From Macrostomum lignano (Eukaryota): DNA of 34,956 nucleotides. A model generated the notes under the pieces. That model was not told the DNA's origin. It made no database searches and saw nothing but the letters and a program-made list of their open reading frames with translations. Location of the stretch: positions 1 to 34,956 of the forward strand of contig NIVC01004794.1 of the NCBI GenBank assembly GCA_002269645.1. Direction: 5' to 3'. Positions 32,073 to 34,956 of this stretch are shown here, piece after piece (the first letter of the stretch is position 1; each line of letters starts with the position of its first letter). Position numbers and translations under genes: made by a program.

Positions 32073-32394
32073 CGTGGACGAGCTGCGATCCGCAATTCAC
32101 AAGCTGGTCACCCAGGCGCCGCTAAGGCTGCCCCCAGATTACGCTTCCAGCTTCCGGAACTACTCCCGGCTGCGTCACAGCTGGTCCAGCTTCCAAAGTC
32201 TCGGCCTTGAGGAGCGCCAATGGTGTCGCACTTTGGCCAGCTTTTGGCACTCAGTCAGCTGCGCTCCTCAGCTGCTTATTCTAGACAAATACTTGGACCA
32301 TTGGCGCGACCATCCTGTGGCTGCGGACAGCCGGTTCAATGGCCACCACCGGCTGTTCAGTGCGGCTTTCCTGACTCACGCTGAACGCGAAAAT
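32073..32394 (+). CDS. Unidentified protein, next exon
   Basis: Acceptor tttcccag|C, donor AAT|GTGAGC; 322 nt; GC-rich coding style. VDELRSAIHKLVTQAPLRLPPDY...LLILDKYLDHW...HAEREN. Confidence 0.8.
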
Positions 32395-32429
32395 GTGAGC
32401 ATCTAGCCATTATTTCTTTTTGTTTTACC

Positions 32430-33600
32430 TGGCATTTATTCTCCTACCTGTGTTTTACCTGGCATTCATCCCCTGCCTGTGATTTACCTGGCATTGATCC
32501 CCCACCTGTGATTTATCTGGCATTGATCCCCACCTGTGATTTACCTGGCATTGACCCACACCTGTGATTTACCTGGCATTGATCTCCTACCTGTGATTTA
32601 CCTGGCATTGATCCACACCTGTAATTTACCTGTATCCCCACCTGTGATACCTGGCATTGATCCCCACCTGTGATTTACCTGGCATTGACCCACCTGTGAT
32701 TTACCTGGCATTGATCTCCTACCTGTGATTTACCTGGCATTGATCCCCCACCTGTGATTTATCTGGCATTGATCCCCACCTGTGATTTACCTGGCATTGA
32801 CCCACACCTGTGATTTACCTGGCATTGATCCCCACCTGTGATTTACCTGGCATTGATCCCACCTGTGATTTACCTGGCATTGATCCCACCTGTGATTTAC
32901 CTGCCATTGATCCCCCACCTGTGATTTATCTGGCATTGATCCCACACCTGTGATTTACCTGGCATTGACCCACACCTGTGATTTACCTGGCATTGATCTC
33001 CTACCTGTGATTTATCTGGCATTGATCCCCACCTGTGATTTACCTGGCATTGACCCACACCTGTGATTTACCTGGCATTGATCTCCTACCTGTGATTTAC
33101 CTGGCATTGATCCACACCTGTAATTTACCTGGCATTGATCCCACCTGTGATTTACCTGGCATTGATCCTCATCTGTGATTTATCTGGCATTGATCCCACC
33201 CGTGATTTACCTGGCATTGATCCCACCTGTGATTTACCTGGCATATCACTCACCCGTGATTTACGTGGCATTGATCCCCCACCTGTTATTTACCTGGAAT
33301 TGATCCCACCTGTGTTTTACGTGGAGTTTCCCCCACCTGTGATTTACCTGGCATTGACCCACACCTGTGATTTACCTGGCATTGATCCCTACCTGTGATT
33401 TACCTGGCATATCACTCACCCGTGATTTACCTGGCATTGATCCCACCTGTTATTTACCTGGAATTGATCCCTACCTGTGTTTTACGTGGAGTTTCCCCCA
33501 CCTGTGATTTACCTGGCATTGATCGCCTACCTGGGTTTTACCTGGAGTTCCCCCACCTGTGATTTACTCGTACCTGGCATATATTCGCCATCTTTTACCT
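32430..33600. repeat. 27-29 bp minisatellite (CCCACCTGTGATTTACCTGGCATTGAT) filling the intron 32395-33711
   Basis: About 40 units with a variable C-run. Confidence 0.96.
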
Positions 33601-33711
33601 GGGATTTCTCCCACCTGTTTCACTCGATACTTGTCCCATTCGATTAACAGTGTCGCCTTATAAATATCTCATTCTCAATATCTTCCTAATCCCATTGGCC
33701 AACCCCATCAG

Positions 33712-34202
33712 CGACCGGATATCCTGCGCTACATTCTGCGCCGACTTGAAAGGCTGGAAATTGGCATCCTGATTCGCAAAGGCCTGCACTGTGACTTGAC
33801 TTTCCTAGGCTTTTTGCTTTACTACACTCTGGTGCAGGTGCAGCACAATCAGGCAGCAGCAGCAGCAGCAGCAGTCTATGGCCTATCTACCACAGTTTGT
33901 GCGCAGCGGATTGAGCAAAGCGGCCTCCGCTCTCCTCTGTCACGGCCGGCACACTGAGAGAGCAAGCCTATTGGATCAGGTAGCCCTGATACCCAGGGCC
34001 TGCGTCCTTGTCGTGGACTCGATGCCGGAATTGAATCCCACCGATAGATGTCGCTTCTTTTACTCTTTAACCGGCGCGCCCGCCATGCAGCTGCTGCACT
34101 GCCGCAATGTGGCTCCGGCCGCTGCCGCCGTCCGGCGGAGGATCGACAACTGATGGGCACGGACGAAGCTGTACTGAGGGTCTTCGGGTGCAGCTCGAGG
34201 CA
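33712..34202 (+). CDS. Unidentified protein, third exon (frame interrupted at TGA 33955-33957)
   Basis: Acceptor ccccatcag|CGA is phase 0 and reads [55 protein letters not shown]... GC-rich sequence continues to a donor-like GCA|GTGAGC at 34202/34203. Confidence 0.6.
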
Positions 34203-34221
34203 GTGAGCCTAGTTTCTGATC

Positions 34222-34223
34222 TA

Positions 34224-34312
<89 letters not shown>

Positions 34313-34327
34313 GACTGTGTGCCTGCC

Positions 34328-34372
<45 letters not shown>

Positions 34373-34491
34373 GTCTGTCTGTCTGTCTGTCTATCTGACT
34401 GTGTGCCTGCCTGTCTGTATGTCTGTCTGTCTGTCTGTCTGTCTGTCTGACTGTGTGCCTGCCTGTCTGTATGTCTGTCTGTCTGTCTTAG

Positions 34492-34532
<41 letters not shown>

Positions 34533-34544
34533 TTTTGACAGAGA

Positions 34545-34576
<32 letters not shown>

Positions 34577-34687
34577 TTCTGTCTGTCTGTCTTGTCTGTC
34601 TGTCTGCTTAGTGTCTGTCTGCCTGCCTGCCTGCCTGTCTGTCTGTCTGTCTGACTGTCTATCTGACTGTGTGCCTGCCTGTCTGTA

Positions 34688-34732
<45 letters not shown>

Positions 34733-34748
34733 GACTGTGCCTGTCTGT

Positions 34749-34783
<35 letters not shown>

Positions 34784-34902
34784 GTCTGTCTGTCTGTCTG
34801 TCTATCTGACTGTGTGCCTGCCTGTCTGTATGTCTGTCTGTCTGTCTGTCTGTCTGTCTGACTGTGTGCCTGCCTGTCTGTATGTCTGTCTGTCTGTCTT
34901 AG

Positions 34903-34939
<37 letters not shown>

Positions 34940-34956
34940 TTTTGACAGAGAGTCTG
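34222..34956. repeat. (TCTG)n microsatellite, probably intronic, running off the right edge
   Basis: Continuous TCTG/CCTG tetramers with recurring CTATCTGACTGTGTGCCTGCC blocks. Confidence 0.97.

Noticed and set aside
33135-33398. 87-aa ORF (PPVIYLALI repeats)
   Set aside because: Translation of the 27-bp intron repeat.
499-33600. Regular repeat arrays as possible CRISPR arrays
   Set aside because: Units are directly adjacent with no unique spacers, no cas genes are present, and the context is eukaryotic and spliceosomal.
34203-34538. LSVC-repeat ORF tails with apparent hydrophobic or Cys-rich character
   Set aside because: (TCTG)n microsatellite downstream of a GTGAGC donor.

Overview
Eukaryotic (invertebrate) genomic DNA. 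GC-rich exons, minisatellite-filled introns and AT-rich spacers resemble the flatworm Macrostomum lignano, but this is an inference from architecture, not a database match. Five genes were reconstructed by hand from GT/AG boundaries and phase continuity. (1) A minus-strand L1CAM/neuroglian gene: signal peptide, 6 Ig and at least 4 FnIII domains, 7 exons in the window (8649 down to 219), continuing off the left edge. (2) A minus-strand CEP43/FGFR1OP-like LisH gene (11999 to about 9165) ending about 0.5 kb upstream of the neuroglian ATG. (3) An intronless DEG/ENaC (FaNaC-like) channel (17769-15805, minus). (4) A two-exon calmodulin-like protein with degenerate EF-hands (21413-23641, plus). (5) An unidentified gene of at least 3 exons (30416 to beyond 34202, plus). 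Most introns are filled by their own tandem repeat (4-41 bp units). The window also holds three decayed RTE-type non-LTR retrotransposon fragments, several MITEs (three with exact 8-bp target-site duplications), a 2.2-kb 30-bp satellite and at least 13 copies of TACATGTA, one of which is a 6-bp insertion relative to a paralogous sequence. Most long ORFs in the supplied track are repeat or antisense artefacts.
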